Assembly (NCBI RefSeq): GCF_001194135.2
Contig: NC_068981.1
Location: forward strand, 178,065,035 to 178,129,034
Source: Octopus bimaculoides
Lineage: Eukaryota
Reading direction: 5' to 3'
DNA: 64,000 nucleotides
Positions 41,290-55,365 of the stretch are shown here, piece after piece. Positions within the stretch are counted from its first letter, which is position 1, and every line of letters starts with the position of its first letter. The translations under genes and the position numbers were made by a program. The notes beneath the pieces were generated by a model, which did no database searches, was not told the DNA's origin, and saw only the letters and a program-made list of their open reading frames with translations.

Positions 41290-42560
41290 TCACTGTCATT
41301 TCACTGACATCTGGTGTATGTTCATAAGCTTTGGTAAGCCTTGCTTGGATATGTTCTTTTTACTATGCTGACTTTGCTGACCAAGCTTCTTAAATATGTA
41401 AAGTCTTCCATATAATTTAGTGCAGAATACAGTTTGCTTTTAATATGTAGGAAATTTGTTATAATTATCAACAGAGATAACTGCTCTCTGAACAGCTTCC
41501 ATTTCCTTCTTGGCTACTATACTACACTGTCATAACAATCACCTCCAATACTAATTATGTCTTTTAGGTAATGAAAAGTATCTACTACTGCCAGCAAACT
41601 ATGTGAGAATCTAAAGTAATGTTTCCCTGTCAAAAGGCCAGAGATCCCGGTGAACTTTGCACGGAGTACACAATATTAAGTTTCTATCAACATATTTTAC
41701 AAAGTCACTCCCTGGACTCTGCTGGAATTTTGTGTTCTCTATTACAACTACTACTTCAGTCTTTTATCATGTTGACCTTTATGCCATTGACTTCAGATTT
41801 TTGTTCTAAGCCTGAAATGTTTACAGCAGCTACTCAATAGACCCTGCAATGAGAACTAAGTCATCAGAATAAAAAGTTACTTGTACACAGAACTTTTCAC
41901 TGAAATCATTATGAATCCTAACCTCCTTCATGGCCCAAAGTGCTCTCACAAGCCATTCAACAACTTTCTCAGTGCTCACTAAACTATAGAATGTGGAACA
42001 CTGTCAAAAGTCTTCTCTTAGTAGACATGTAAAGTACTTTATTCTTAGCTAGGAACTTCTCATGCAGTTGGACCATTAGGAATATGGACCTGTGGCTTCA
42101 TTCCTGTTCCAAACCCAAACTGAAGTTTATCCAACCTAACAGCATTGTATTAACCTCACTATAAGCCATCCAACCACTGTTACAATTAAATTCCGTCAGT
42201 TTGAAGCTTCTGTAACTTGCCCTCTCAAGTGCACCGCTGGGATTAAAATCTCTCAACACAACCTAATTCAGCATATAAGTGGTGTACTATCAAAGGTTCT
42301 AATGCTTTCAATATTTCAACAACTATCACTAGTAGATTTTTAGTTGCTCTATTTTGTGTTCCTTAAGTACCAGCTCCTCTAAGTAAAATGTAAGGGTAAC
42401 TAACTAAAATGTGAGGGTAAGTTTTCCACTAACCTATTTATATGTTGATTTAACAACTCTTATAGTGATAACCCTGTGACTCTCTCTGTTCACTATCTCA
42501 GTAGAGAATGCATTCCTGTATCATTTTGAACACAGTTCTTCTCAATGACATCTTGATTGA
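41290..42560 (-). mobile_element. Degenerate RTE-clade LINE relic
   Basis: Broken-frame matches such as EWLVRAL and DDLVLIAGS, plus nucleotide similarity to the 53.0-53.5 kb copy. Confidence 0.6.
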
Positions 42561-43862
42561 TATGAATTAACTTTGTGTGTACTATATGCCTCTCATTCTC
42601 ATAGTGAAAAACGTAAGCACACCAATGACTTGTCTTCGACCTAGTTACACAAACCAACCATTTTGTTTCCTGACTAAGCTCCTGATATTGTTATTTCCTG
42701 TTAATGCTATTTGTCCAATCATTTCTGAGTTTTAATCTTTCACAGCCTTGTCTGTTCCCTGCACAGAACAACTTCTGTTCTTGTGATTCAGAGTAGTTTA
42801 CAAACAATAACAGGAGAAAGAAAAATAAGAAAAAAAACAATGAAGAGTTGTACAAAGTCAATATATATTTCCATGATGTTATACTCTTGTGAGGAATCTG
42901 ATTGATGCACTTCTCCATATCTCTCTCTTACACATAATACACTGCTTTAACATTTTTAACCAACTTAACACACATTTTATTGTACAGAAACTGTCAAAAC
43001 TAGACAAAAATTTGACAACCTGAAAAGATGAAAGTTGTGTTGCTAGACGCAGGTCAGCTCTGATTGAGCAGACCTATGATAGAGACATTCTGGCAATGAC
43101 TATCCCATCTTTTATTAAAATATTAAAAAATGTAGCTAAGGTTACATTATCTAATGTAACCCTCTTTTTGGGAGGTGGTAACATGTAACATGATGATTTA
43201 GCAGCTAAATTTCGTAGCTAGACCAACTATTTACAAGTTACTCATATTGGTTCATCACAAAAGCCAAAATGTAGTGGAGGTTACTCATATCAGCTTAGTA
43301 CAGATGTGTGCAATACTTGTAGCCTTATTAACCAAGTCAGTAGTACAATAAAATTCAGTGCAGTGCAGTTCCTGCCGTCAAGCATCAGCAGAGTGCACTT
43401 CATGTGTCTGTACTAGTTTTGGCATTAGCAAATTGTGTATTGTGGAACCAAAAGTTCTCTCTATTACATACTACTTCAATATAGCTTATTTTAAAATATT
43501 CATTATTTCATTATAGCTTCTCTCCTACACAGGTTATCTCAGTGGTGTAAGGAATTTTGATTCTTCTACATGGTTAGTAAAGGAGAAAGGCAGCCAAATG
43601 GATATGATATTACACTCCCTACTCATGGGTTATAGCTTCAAATCTACTGTTGGCATTTCATTTTGTTTCAGGAAAGAACACTGCATTCTACATTGCTTCA
43701 GTTCACCTAGCTGTTGTGAATAGGTATCTAGTTATCTAGGAGTGTTACCTACAGTAAACAGAAATCTAATCCAGGAGGTGAAATTTCTCATCCACACTAT
43801 GCTGTTCAATCAGAACTAAACACAAGTTTTTAAGGCATCTCTTGAGGCCAAGGAGACATTTA

Positions 43863-44265
43863 TCTCTTTTACTCTTTTACTTGTTTACATGTTTCAGTCA
43901 TTTGACTGTGGCCATGCTGGAGCACTGCTTTTAGTCGAGCAAGTCGACCCCGGGACTTATTCTTTGTAAGCCTAGTACTTATTCTATCGGTCTCTTTTTG
44001 CTGAACTGCTAAGTGACGGAGACATAAACACACCAGCATCGGTTGTCAAGCAATACTAGGGGGACAAACACAGACACACAAACACACACACACACATATA
44101 TACATATATAAGACGGGCTTCTTTCAGTTTCTGTCTACCAAATCCACTCACAAGGCTTTGGTCGGCTCGAGGCTATAGTAGAAGACATTTGCCCGAGATG
44201 CCACGCAGTGGGACTGAACCCGGAACCATGTGGTTGGTAAGCAAGCTACTTACCACACCGCCACT
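43863..44265 (-). mobile_element. Young tRNA-derived SINE with CORE-like domain (cttgggcaagtgtcttctactatagc) and internal (CA/TA)n
   Basis: Reverse complement nearly matches 61910-62297; tail (GTAAAAGA)n. Confidence 0.88.
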
Positions 44266-44875
44266 AAACAACATCAAGTGTAGCTTGTTATTAGAGTAAA
44301 TGCACCAGTCACGTTTCAGAACCAACCGATTAAAATTTTTACATAAGATTTTACATGAGTAAAGAGAAAGTTTCCTTTTGCACTATAATAGCTTGGCTTT
44401 GCTGCAAGATGAGTCATGTTGGACAAGTTAGGTTACTTTTTGTGAGCATAAATATCAACATGAACCAGATCACTGAGTGGTAATGTAATCAGTATTGCAG
44501 CACCAAGTCAAGATAGGCAAATGTGAATTGGAAAAATATTTCACATCGTCACAATAAAGGATTTTAATAAAAATAAAACTTAGTAAATATCCATAAATTC
44601 AACAAATTATAATGAGGGAAAAAAAGGAAATGAGATGTCTAAATCAATAAATAGAAAACCTTCTAAGTATAATTTTTTTTAATATCAATATTATCGACCC
44701 TTTATCATAATACCAATGATATAATTTTATATAACTTTTGTATTTAAAGATCTAAAATATTTAATATTTTAATATTTTTATTATTCAAAGATATTACCTT
44801 TGGATTTAAACAACATCAAGTACAGCTTGTTCTTAGAGTAAATGCACCAGTCACGTCTCATAACCAACTGATTAA
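44265..44875 (+). repeat. 69-bp direct repeat pair (44265-44333 and 44807-44875)
   Basis: taaacaacatcaagt...gagtaaatgcaccagtcacgt...gattaa occurs twice with a few substitutions. Confidence 0.9.
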
Positions 44876-46908
44876 TCTATTGCTTTACTAGTGCAGAATA
44901 GTAAATTGCTTCCTCACCGACCCNNNNNNNNNNNNNNNNNNNNNNNNNNNNNNNNNNNNNNNNNNNNNNNNNNNNNNNNNNNNNNNNNNNNNNNNNNNNN
45001 NNNNNNNNNNNNNNNNNNNNNNNNNNNNNNNNNNNNNNNNNNNNNNNNNNNNNNNNNNNNNNNNNNNNNNNNNNNNNNNNNNNNNNNNNNNNNNNNNNNN
45101 NNNNNNNNNNNNNNNNNNNNNNNNNNNNNNNNNNNNNNNNNNNNNNNNNNNNNNNNNNNNNNNNNNNNNNNNNNNNNNNNNNNNNNNNNNNNNNNNNNNN
45201 NNNNNNNNNNNNNNNNNNNNNNNNNNNNNNNNNNNNNNNNNNNNNNNNNNNNNNNNNNNNNNNNNNNNNNNNNNNNNNNNNNNNNNNNNNNNNNNNNNNN
45301 NNNNNNNNNNNNNNNNNNNNNNNNNNNNNNNNNNNNNNNNNNNNNNNNNNNNNNNNNNNNNNNNNNNNNNNNNNNNNNNNNNNNNNNNNNNNNNNNNNNN
45401 NNNNNNNNNNNNNNNNNNNNNNNNNNNNNNNNNNNNNNNNNNNNNNNNNNNNNNNNNNNNNNNNNNNNNNNNNNNNNNNNNNNNNNNNNNNNNNNNNNNN
45501 NNNNNNNNNNNNNNNNNNNNNNNNNNNNNNNNNNNNNNNNNNNNNNNNNNNNNNNNNNNNNNNNNNNNNNNNNNNNNNNNNNNNNNNNNNNNNNNNNNNN
45601 NNNNCTCTCTCTCTCTCTCTCTCACTCACTCACTCACTCACTCACTCACACACACACAAAGAAGCACATTAGTATTACAAAAAATAGATATAATTTTAGT
45701 ATATCTTCACTATTATGCAGAAAAAGTCAATAACTGCCAAGTAAAAATAAAAGTTAATATCGTATGAAGTAGTAGTAATTTGAAAGGCATATGTAAAAAG
45801 AACTAAGCCTGAACAGTCAATGTCGATCAGCTATGCAGACAGAAGCCATGCTACATATGGACACTTGCCAAAAACCCAGAGAAATATTTTAAAGGAAGAG
45901 TGTGGGGAACGTTGCTAGCAAGAACATGGAAAATAAAGAAATAGTAACACTAAAAAGAGAGATTAGGAAATGTAAATGTAAAACTAATGAAATAATCTAA
46001 AGAGGTAAAAATGGAAGACGGTATGGCAAATGGCAAATTTTAGAACTTTTTCCTCTGCCTCAATTAAATGTGTGTGTGTGTGTGTGTGTGTNNNNNNNNN
46101 NNNNNNNNNNNNNNNNNNNNNNNNNNNNNNNNNNNNNNNNNNNNNNNNNNNNNNNNNNNNNNNNNNNNNNNNNNNNNNNNNNNNNNNNNNNNNNNNNNNN
46201 NNNNNNNNNNNNNNNNNNNNNNNNNNNNNNNNNNNNNNNNNNNNNNNNNNNNNNNNNNNNNNNNNNNNNNNNNNNNNNNNNNNNNNNNNNNNNNNNNNNN
46301 NNNNNNNNNNNNNNNNNNNNNNNNNNNNNNNNNNNNNNNNNNNNNNNNNNNNNNNNNNNNNNNNNNNNNNNNNNNNNNNNNNNNNNNNNNNNNNNNNNNN
46401 NNNNNNNNNNNNNNNNNNNNNNNNNNNNNNNNNNNNNNNNNNNNNNNNNNNNNNNNNNNNNNNNNNNNNNNNNNNNNNNNNNNNNNNNNNNNNNNNNNNN
46501 NNNNNNNNNNNNNNNNNNNNNNNNNNNNNNNNNNNNNNNNNNNNNNNNNNNNNNNNNNNNNNNNNNNNNNNNNNNNNNNNNNNNNNNNNNNNNNNNNNNN
46601 NNNNNNNNNNNNNNNNNNNNNNNNNNNNNNNNNNNNNNNNNNNNNNNNNNNNNNNNNNNNNNNNNNNNNNNNNNNNNNNNNNNNNNNNNNNNNNNNNNNN
46701 NNNNNNNNNNNNNNNNNNNNNNNNNNNNNNNNNNNNNNNNNNNNNNNNNNNNNNNNNNNNNNNNNNNNNNNNNNNNNNNNNNNNNNNNNNNNNNNAACCA
46801 GATGGCTACACCAGGCTCCAATCTGATTTGGCAGAGTTTCTACAGCTGGATGCCCTTCCTAACGCCAACCACTCAGAGAGTGTAATGGGTGCTTTTATGT
46901 GTCACCCG

Positions 46909-47176
46909 CACGAAGGCCAGTCAGGCGGTACTGGCAACGGCCATGCTGAAAATGGTGCATTTTATGTGCCACCTGCACAAGAGCCAGTCCAGGGGCACTG
47001 GCAATGATCTCGCTCGAAAATCCCACGAAGGCCAGCCAGGCGGCACTGGCAACGGTCACGCTCAAAATGGTGCATTTCATGTGTCACCCGCACAAGAGCC
47101 AGTCCAGGGGCACTGGCAACGATCTCACTCAAAAAATTTCATGTGTCACCCGCACAAGAGCCAGCCCAGGGGCACT
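46909..47176. repeat. GC-rich internal minisatellite of that retroposon (about 115-bp period built from two related subunits)
   Basis: cacgaaggccag recurs at 46909 and 47024; cacaagagccag recurs three times. Confidence 0.8.
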
Positions 47177-47620
47177 TTATATACATATAAATTTTCTTTG
47201 TGAATTTTCTCTTCAGGGAAGGAATGCTTTATAGCAGATCTATGATATTTTGGCTCAAGTTACAATTTCAGTACATAAAACTTAAGTCTGTTTCATGAAT
47301 TTGAATTTTATCAGTTTAAGAAAAGCTTCTCTGTTTAGAAAAAGCTCCTTCTTTGACTAAAAACTAGCAAAGCTTTTGATCATGTCTAGATTCAAAAATC
47401 TCTTCACAGAGCTTTATTGGCCAATAATAGCCATGATTAGGAGCTTGTTAGATGGTCACTCTCTAGCAGTTGGCAATTACAGAGCTCTCATTAATTTCCC
47501 AGTCCTCTTTGATTCTAGCCATTTAATCGTCTTACCTATGGACTTTCTGTCTTACACTGATGACCAACATATGACAACACAATTCCTCTCTCATCTTATT
47601 TACAGATACCTTGACTATAC

Positions 47621-47702
47621 ATACACAAGATCAACATCTCATACACAAGATCAACATCTCATACACAAGATCAACATCTCATACACAAGATCAACATCTC
47701 AT
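47621..47702. repeat. Perfect tandem repeat, 4 x 20 bp ATACACAAGATCAACATCTC
   Basis: Read directly from the sequence. Confidence 0.97.
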
Positions 47703-48780
47703 GTTACATTTGCACATGCAGCCTGAAACACAAATCATCTTACATAAAATAAATCTCTTCTTTTACTTTTAGATTTAACTGTTAAGTTGATAATTTTAGC
47801 AAATCTCTACTTCTTTTTAAAGAAAAGTATCAATTCAAAACCATCAGACAGGTCAACTGATATATATTAATAATGCAGTTGAAATCTTCAGGTCAACTGC
47901 ACAAATATTCTCCTATGTTCTATCAAAAATACAGAAAGTAACAAATGTCCCAACATAAATCAATGTTTCTCTTGGTAATTTTCAAATAAAACAATATTTC
48001 ATTAGATTCTGTTAACATACACAATGATAAATCTGTCATCTTGCCCTGCCACGCACACACACAGAAATAGCTACAATCATATTTAGGAGGTTTACTACCA
48101 TATCCATATAACTACTATTGATAAATTCAAAATATGCTTTCACGTTCGTGCAGAGATACGTAAATCTACATATACATTCATGTGTATGCATAACAGATCC
48201 ATCACAGTAAATATAAGCATGATCTAATGCCATATATTTACACAGGTACAAACTTATTATATATATATATATATATACATATATATACACACACACACAC
48301 ACAATCTCTCTATATATCTATATATGTGTGTGTGCACAGGCATACTCACACACACACACACACCACTGAACCATGCATAAAACTGCAATGATATTAGCTG
48401 TTTGTGAGTACCATGGAGAGAAAAATATAAAAGAAACAATAGAAAAGTGTGCATACATTGGTACATATATATCATCTTCCTGCCATTTAACTACAAGTAT
48501 AATAATATGAATTTTATTTGGAAACAATATATTTTTCAATTTTCCTATAAATTTGCTTTGAAATAAACTAGAAATAAAAAAAAATTTTCGAGATGGGAGT
48601 GGGGGAATTTTTTCTCCCTTATTCTTCCATAACTCACTTCATTCTGGTATATGGTTCCAATTTTCAATAACATCCAATTCTTTATGCTGAAATATCTGCA
48701 CATTTCAGGTAACTTGCTCTCATTATTTTTCAGCTAGCTTCATGAATAATATTATGTACAAATACTTCAAAACTGTCATT

Positions 48781-48812
<32 letters not shown>

Positions 48813-49608
48813 CTTAAATAAAACACCATTGTTTTAAAGTAAGAAAAATAACAATTTTTTTTTCTTTAAGACAGCAATCTTTCTTGTTTAAGGAAAAAAA
48901 ATTAACATAGCTTATTTGACAATACTTTTTTTATCTTGCAACATGCAGATGATCATACAAGGCAAAACACAAACACACACATAGGGGAGAGGAAGGGAGC
49001 CAAAAGGGACCAGTGGTGGAGGATACTGGCTAATTTGGGGGTAAATAACACAGATATATGATGCCATTCTCTGAAAAGATTTTCAATGCCTTCCTGCATT
49101 TTCATTGACTTAGTGTATTATGAAAGAACTAATATTTGAGTAGTAAGCAGAACTGCATTGTATTTACAACAGCAAAGAACCACAAGCAGTAAGTGCTCTG
49201 ATGACATAGACCAGGAAGAGATAAAAACTGTTGAAGAATTCTTTATCTTAAATGGTAAATAGATAAACTTTAAATTAATAACCTACAAAAATTAACTTCT
49301 GGTTTATCACCGTGAAATATTTTCTTTGAAAGACTTTTTTCTAATTTAAAGCACTCTTCTCTAACTTTCAACATTTTTTAGAAGTTACTGCTATTATAAA
49401 TAACTAGATAACTACTATTATCTATAACAAACACATGCAGAGTAAGTGATTCATTAACATTTGTGGAACACCAAAAAAAAGCTTCAACTTCAAGTAAGCA
49501 GATTCATTTGAGTGGTTTCTTCCTGTCTCCTATATATGTATATCACCATCATCATTTTAACATCTACTTTTCTCTGTGTGTGTGTGTGTGTGTGTGTGAG
49601 TACATGTG

Positions 49609-49643
<35 letters not shown>

Positions 49644-49644
<1 letters not shown>

Positions 49645-49889
49645 GGAGTAAGCACATAAATGTGAAACAAGGTGGAAAAAAAGAGTACTCAAATACCAGA
49701 GGTAGAGTAATATGTTTTATTTAAAAGCAGCAGAAATATAACAAAAGCTGTTACTCAGAGTTTCACGTTCCCGTTCGTCGGACAGTTTTGTTAACCCTAA
49801 CTTCAATTTTTTAACAGAACTGTCCGACAAACAGGAATGTGAAACTCTGAGTAACAGCTTTTGTTATATTTCTGCTGCTTTTAAATAAA
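49644..49889. mobile_element. Second hammerhead-bearing fold-back element (family H2), inserted in a (TA)n/(TG)n tract
   Basis: 79-bp arms 49716-49794 and 49811-49889 with 4 mismatches and a 16-nt spacer; a further ~72 nt of element on the left only. Confidence 0.8.
49747..49787 (-). ncRNA. Minimal type-I hammerhead ribozyme motif (H2) with CCGACGA core variant
   Basis: Minus read aaCTGT-CCGACGA-ACG(GGAA)CGT-GAAA-CTC(T)GAG-TA-ACAGc: stems I, II and III all pair; cleavage triplet GUA. Confidence 0.72.
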
Positions 49890-52109
49890 GTGTGTGTGTA
49901 TATATATATGTGTNNNNNNNNNNNNNNNNNNNNNNNNNNNNNNNNNNNNNNNNNNNNNNNNNNNNNNNNNNNNNNNNNNNNNNNNNNNNNNNNNNNNNNN
50001 NNNNNNNNNNNNNNNNNNNNNNNNNNNNNNNNNNNNNNNNNNNNNNNNNNNNNNNNNNNNNNNNNNNNNNNNNNNNNNNNNNNNNNNNNNNNNNNNNNNN
50101 NNNNNNNNNNNNNNNNNNNNNNNNNNNNNNNNNNNNNNNNNNNNNNNNNNNNNNNNNNNNNNNNNNNNNNNNNNNNNNNNNNNNNNNNNNNNNNNNNNNN
50201 NNNNNNNNNNNNNNNNNNNNNNNNNNNNNNNNNNNNNNNNNNNNNNNNNNNNNNNNNNNNNNNNNNNNNNNNNNNNNNNNNNNNNNNNNNNNNNNNNNNN
50301 NNNNNNNNNNNNNNNNNNNNNNNNNNNNNNNNNNNNNNNNNNNNNNNNNNNNNNNNNNNTTTGTACATGCTCTGCTTATCCAAGTGAATGATCAATCATT
50401 TGTAATTATAGGAAGTTTGAAAGTTAATTGTATTTGACACCGATGAAGCATAATTGGGATATGAACAGTCAACCATGCAATCAGTAGGCCAGCAACATTG
50501 TTTCAGGAAAAGTGTGATGTGTGTTGTGTGTGTTTATGAGTTAGTGAATGTGCATGTATATAAACATACATATATACACATATGCATACTTATGCATATA
50601 CATATACACATGTTTATACACACACACATATACATACACCTACATGCACACGTGCACACACACATGCATGCAAATGCACCATGCACCACCGTGTTGTAGG
50701 AAGTTTACTTCTCAAGCACATGGTTCTGGATTCAGTCCCACTACGTCACAGCTTGGGCAAGATTTTTCTACTACAGTCCTAGGGATACCAAAATTCTGTG
50801 AGTAGATTTGGTAGATAGAGACTGAAAGAAGCATTCATGAAAGAACATGTCTGAGTTTGTGTGTCATGTGCACATGAATGAATGAATGAATGAATGAATG
50901 AACGAACACATGCATATGTATGTGTTTTACTTTCTTGCTTATGGTTGCCCATAAATTTCTATGACCATCTTCCCACTCAAGAGTGGCTCCTTTGATGACA
51001 GTACTCCTTAACGAGCAGAAGCAACAGAAGATACAGCCATAAAGGTAACTGGAGAACTATAACTGCTGCTACTTTGCTACCAGGTGAGGAAAGTACAGAA
51101 GTGGCAACATTTCATTGTCACAGATACATACAATATTCTGGCTGCCAATATGGTAATGACCACCCATGATATGCATTGCAGAAGATACCTGCACAATGAA
51201 CTCTCTCTCACTCTATCTACCTCTCACCCCCACCCCCACCCCCATCCCCAACACACACACACAAGCTGTGTGGTTAAGAAGTTTGCTTTGCAACGACATG
51301 GTTTCATGTTCAGTCATACTGGATTGCACCTTGGGCAAGTGGAATCCACACAAGAGAGGTTGTCTTGTCCTATGCAAGCCTTCTCTATTCTGTGATGTTT
51401 CTTACTTGTTCAAAGCATGCATGACCAAGAGAGTGGTTGAAAAAGACTGACGGATAACAGAGAAGCAGGATTAGAGAGTGAAGAAAGAGTATGGTGATGA
51501 AAGAAGCAGTGATAGGTATAGGAAGAGAGTAGGGATGGGAAGCTACATATTGGTTATTGGTATGGATATTGAATAGAACAGCATGAACAGCATGATGGGG
51601 AAGAAGCAGTCATTGAAGTGAGGGATAATGATACAGACAATAAAGTCTGTATCATTATTTTCAATTGATGCAAGAGGGAGTAATGTGAAACAGCAAAGCA
51701 TTGAAGGATGGAAATAAAAATGGATAATGGTAAAAGAAAATGAATGAACAGCAACAGTGATAAGAAATGGTTAAAAAAAACAGTGGTGGATGTTAAAAAA
51801 TTGTGAGACAGAGCAGTAAAAAGAAGTGATGGTAGGGGTTACTGAATATGGACAGACCTGATACCATCTCTCATAACATAGGCATCAGGATGAAAGGATG
51901 ATGACAGAGATTATATAAGGAATAATCTTATGCCCTCACTCAACACACAGGTGGCATGATATAATGAGAGAGAGAGAGAGAGAGAGAGAGATTTGAAAAT
52001 GGTGAAAAGGTGAAGAGGATAGAAGATGGAGACTTAACAAGAACACAGTGGGCATGAAACTCAATACAGGTGTATTATAATTCTCAACCTCTACCACTAC
52101 CACAATAAT

Positions 52110-53500
52110 TTTAACATATGCTTAAACATGCTTGCATGGTTGGGCAAGTCTTCTTCAGCACTGTGTGTCACCACTCACTGCAGTTCCTAATCATCTCCAT
52201 ACTAAGGTTAGTCCTAACCACTTAAGATTTCCTCTTCCACAGGTTCCATGCACTGGGGGAACCCAGCACTTCTCTATACAGCTGACACATGTCTCTCATG
52301 CTCGCTACAAGTGATTTCTTTTATACCCAGCATTTCTCTCAGTTCATTGGTGGTTCATTATTCACACACACCAATATTCAGTGAAGCATACTTGTTTCAT
52401 TTTTTCCAAGTCTTTGCATCTCCCAACCACGCATTGATGTGCCTATGGTGCACATGTACCTTTTTGGGGCCCTTCAGACAGGGGAGAGAGGGAGAGAGAT
52501 CAACTCAGTATATTAATTATACACCCTGAAGGGATTAAAAGTAACGTTGACTTATGTGTGATTTGAACTAAGAGTGCAGAGAACCAGAATAATAATTTTT
52601 TTAAATGGCATTCTATTCAATGCTCTAACTATTCTCAGATTTATTGCCTTACAGCAGACATTAAAAGTGAGAAGCCATTCTCACTCTGGTACTATACTTT
52701 CAGCACACTCACCTCCACTCTTAATCAGGTGACAATTAATCTATCAACTATTTTTATGGAGCCTTCAGACCATTTGAAAGTATTTGTTACAAATATACTC
52801 TCACTATTGATTACTCTTGTGCATCCCCCACATACAAAGCCTACCTTTTCAGCCAACCTGCTTGTGATCCCATTACACTTCTTGTGCATCCATACTTTAC
52901 GCTGAGTACAGCATATGGAATTCCAGCCTAAACCTTATCAAACACAGCTATTTCCCTGATGGCAGCAGAGTTTCTCTTCTTCCCCACTAGTTTTTGCAAA
53001 GCTTACTTTAGGCCCCTCAATTCTAAGGTTTTGTTTCCATGTCTGGAATTTCTTCTGTAGATCTTCCACAGACCCAACTATAAGGACAAGGTCATCAGTA
53101 TAAAGGAATTCCAATGGACAGCTTCTGTTATTATCTGAAGTACTGTGATAAACAGAAGTAGATTGAGAACTAAACTCTGGTGAAACATCTATTTGTATGC
53201 TAATTCTCACTTTGTTAACTGCACAACTGTACATAATGTTTGAAACTTAAAATTCTTCTGTTTTGACCTGGAAAACTATAATAAATAGGAGAAGGCTAAT
53301 AACTGAGTTCTGATAGACCTCTACCTGTATGTATGCTGAACTCATTTCTAATTCTCTTCTTAACACTTCTGTTCATGGTTTGCACGACTCTCACAAGCCA
53401 ACTATCAATCCCTAATTTCCTTTGTGACCATCAGGCTATAGAATGTGGAACCTTTGCCAATTACCTTCTCCAGGTAAATTGGTTTACTCCTGACTAAATA
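52110..53500 (-). mobile_element. Degenerate RTE-clade LINE (RT domain and C-terminus), interrupted by a SINE fragment at about 52490-52640
   Basis: CPLEFLYTDDLVLIVGSVEDLQKKFQTWKQNL (YADD motif) and downstream MQRLGKNETSMLH, typical of RTE ORF2. Confidence 0.8.
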
Positions 53501-54435
53501 CTTCTCCAAGTAAAGTATATTTATAAAATATTATACTTTAGAATTAAGTGAAAATTTAAGGTTTTTTTTTTATTTTTTGTGCTTTTTTTAAGTACATATT
53601 CAGAATTTAAGCAATTGATATTTTCAACACAATTAACTGTACATTTCAAATTAAAATATTACCTAAGTTGTTATAGAAGCATGTGATCTCAAAACTTTAG
53701 GCTTAAATTTTAAAAGATACTGTAAAGAATGGGCGGGGGCAAACGGCCTGGGAAAATTAATTTCAAAACTAATGTTTTTTTAAAAAAAAAGAAACTACAA
53801 GCAGCCAAGAATTACAGATAATCAGCAAAATGAGTGCAACATTATCAATGAAGCTTAATTAATTGCAAAAATATCACTGATGCTGTCTTGAACATATTTT
53901 TAAATATAATTGTCAAATACATTTATTTACATTTTATTGATAAAAAAGTTCAAATCAATTGCTTTAGTGAATTACAACCACATAGAGGTCATCAGTAACA
54001 AAAATATAAATATAAGAGCTTTTCTTTCCTCACCCTATAAGAATGTTAGAATGCAGGTTTGTACAAAAATGCCCATTTTCTCAACCACACCCAATAAAAT
54101 CTCAGTAAATGATATAACATATGACTAAATATCAAGTTAGTGTTTGAGAGATAACAACAACCCTCAATTTAAAACGGATTCTCTCAGAAGGGACCTGGAA
54201 TATGCATTCTTCTCCCTCTGTATGTCCCAACCGAACAAGTCATGTTCATATTTGCCTTTTGCTTCCTGCACTTTGTGTTATTTCAGAGATCTTCCTATCT
54301 CTGAAAGGTCTCCACTGTGAACTGTAAACATAGCTGTTCTTTTTCATAGTAGTTCAAAGAAAATATGCAGAACAAAAAAATGTAATTCTTTCATTAAATT
54401 TGTGAACAATAGATCATCATATACAGTTAACTATG

Positions 54436-54476
<41 letters not shown>

Positions 54477-54928
54477 NNNNNNNNNNCACCACCACCTCCC
54501 AGAATATTTCAGTTAAAATCTCTGCACCAATTCACTTGGGAGTTACAAATAATAGTGTACAATGCCATGAAGGAGAGATAGGCTGAAAGTTGGGAACAAA
54601 CTTTAATGAATGTCATACATAAAGTGTAGACTTAATGACTAAACAAGGTTCCCATTGCTATTATATTTGCTTTACAATGAATATAATAGCCACACACATT
54701 TATGTTTCTTTTGTCCATTAAGATGACAGCTTACAAACTGATTTATACAGAAGGTAATTCAGAACCTACATAGATTTCATATGACTGGTCATATCTCCTG
54801 AAATTACTTTTCCCTTTAGAGGTTACTTATTTTCAAAAATACTACATTTTGTATTAGTCAAAGTTTCTTAAGTAGTAAATGCAGTTATCTGCTATAAAAG
54901 AATAGTTATTATGATTTCTTACAAAAGT

Positions 54929-55085
54929 GCAAGTATAGCTGTGTGGTTAAGAAGCTCACTTTGAAACCACATGATTTCAGGTTCAGTCCCATTGCACAGC
55001 ACCTTGCGCAAGTATCTTCCACTATAGCCCCAGGCCAATGAAAACCTTGCGAGTGAATTTGGTACACACTATGTGAAAGCCTGTT

Positions 55086-55159
<74 letters not shown>

Positions 55160-55365
55160 TGTGTGAGTGTCTTTGTGTCTGTTTGTCCCACCACCACACC
55201 ACCTGAAAACCAGTGTCCTTGTAACTTAGCAGTTCAACAAAAGACACTGATAGAATAAGTACCAGACTTAAATAGAAAAAAAATAGTACTGGGGGCAATC
55301 TGTTTGACTAAAATCCTACAAGGTAGTGCCCCTGCAAGGCCACAGTCTAATGATAGCTAAACAAG
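54929..55365 (+). mobile_element. Older CORE-like SINE with expanded internal (AT)n
   Basis: Diverged match to the 61910 copy. Confidence 0.75.

Noticed and set aside
42932-43019. Possible 88-nt UTR exon (strong acceptor at 43020)
   Set aside because: The donor TGT|GTAAGA is mediocre and there is no other support
49793-49800. Telomere-like AACCCTAA in the H2 spacer
   Set aside because: A single unit, likely chance; not enough to infer a telomere-associated PLE
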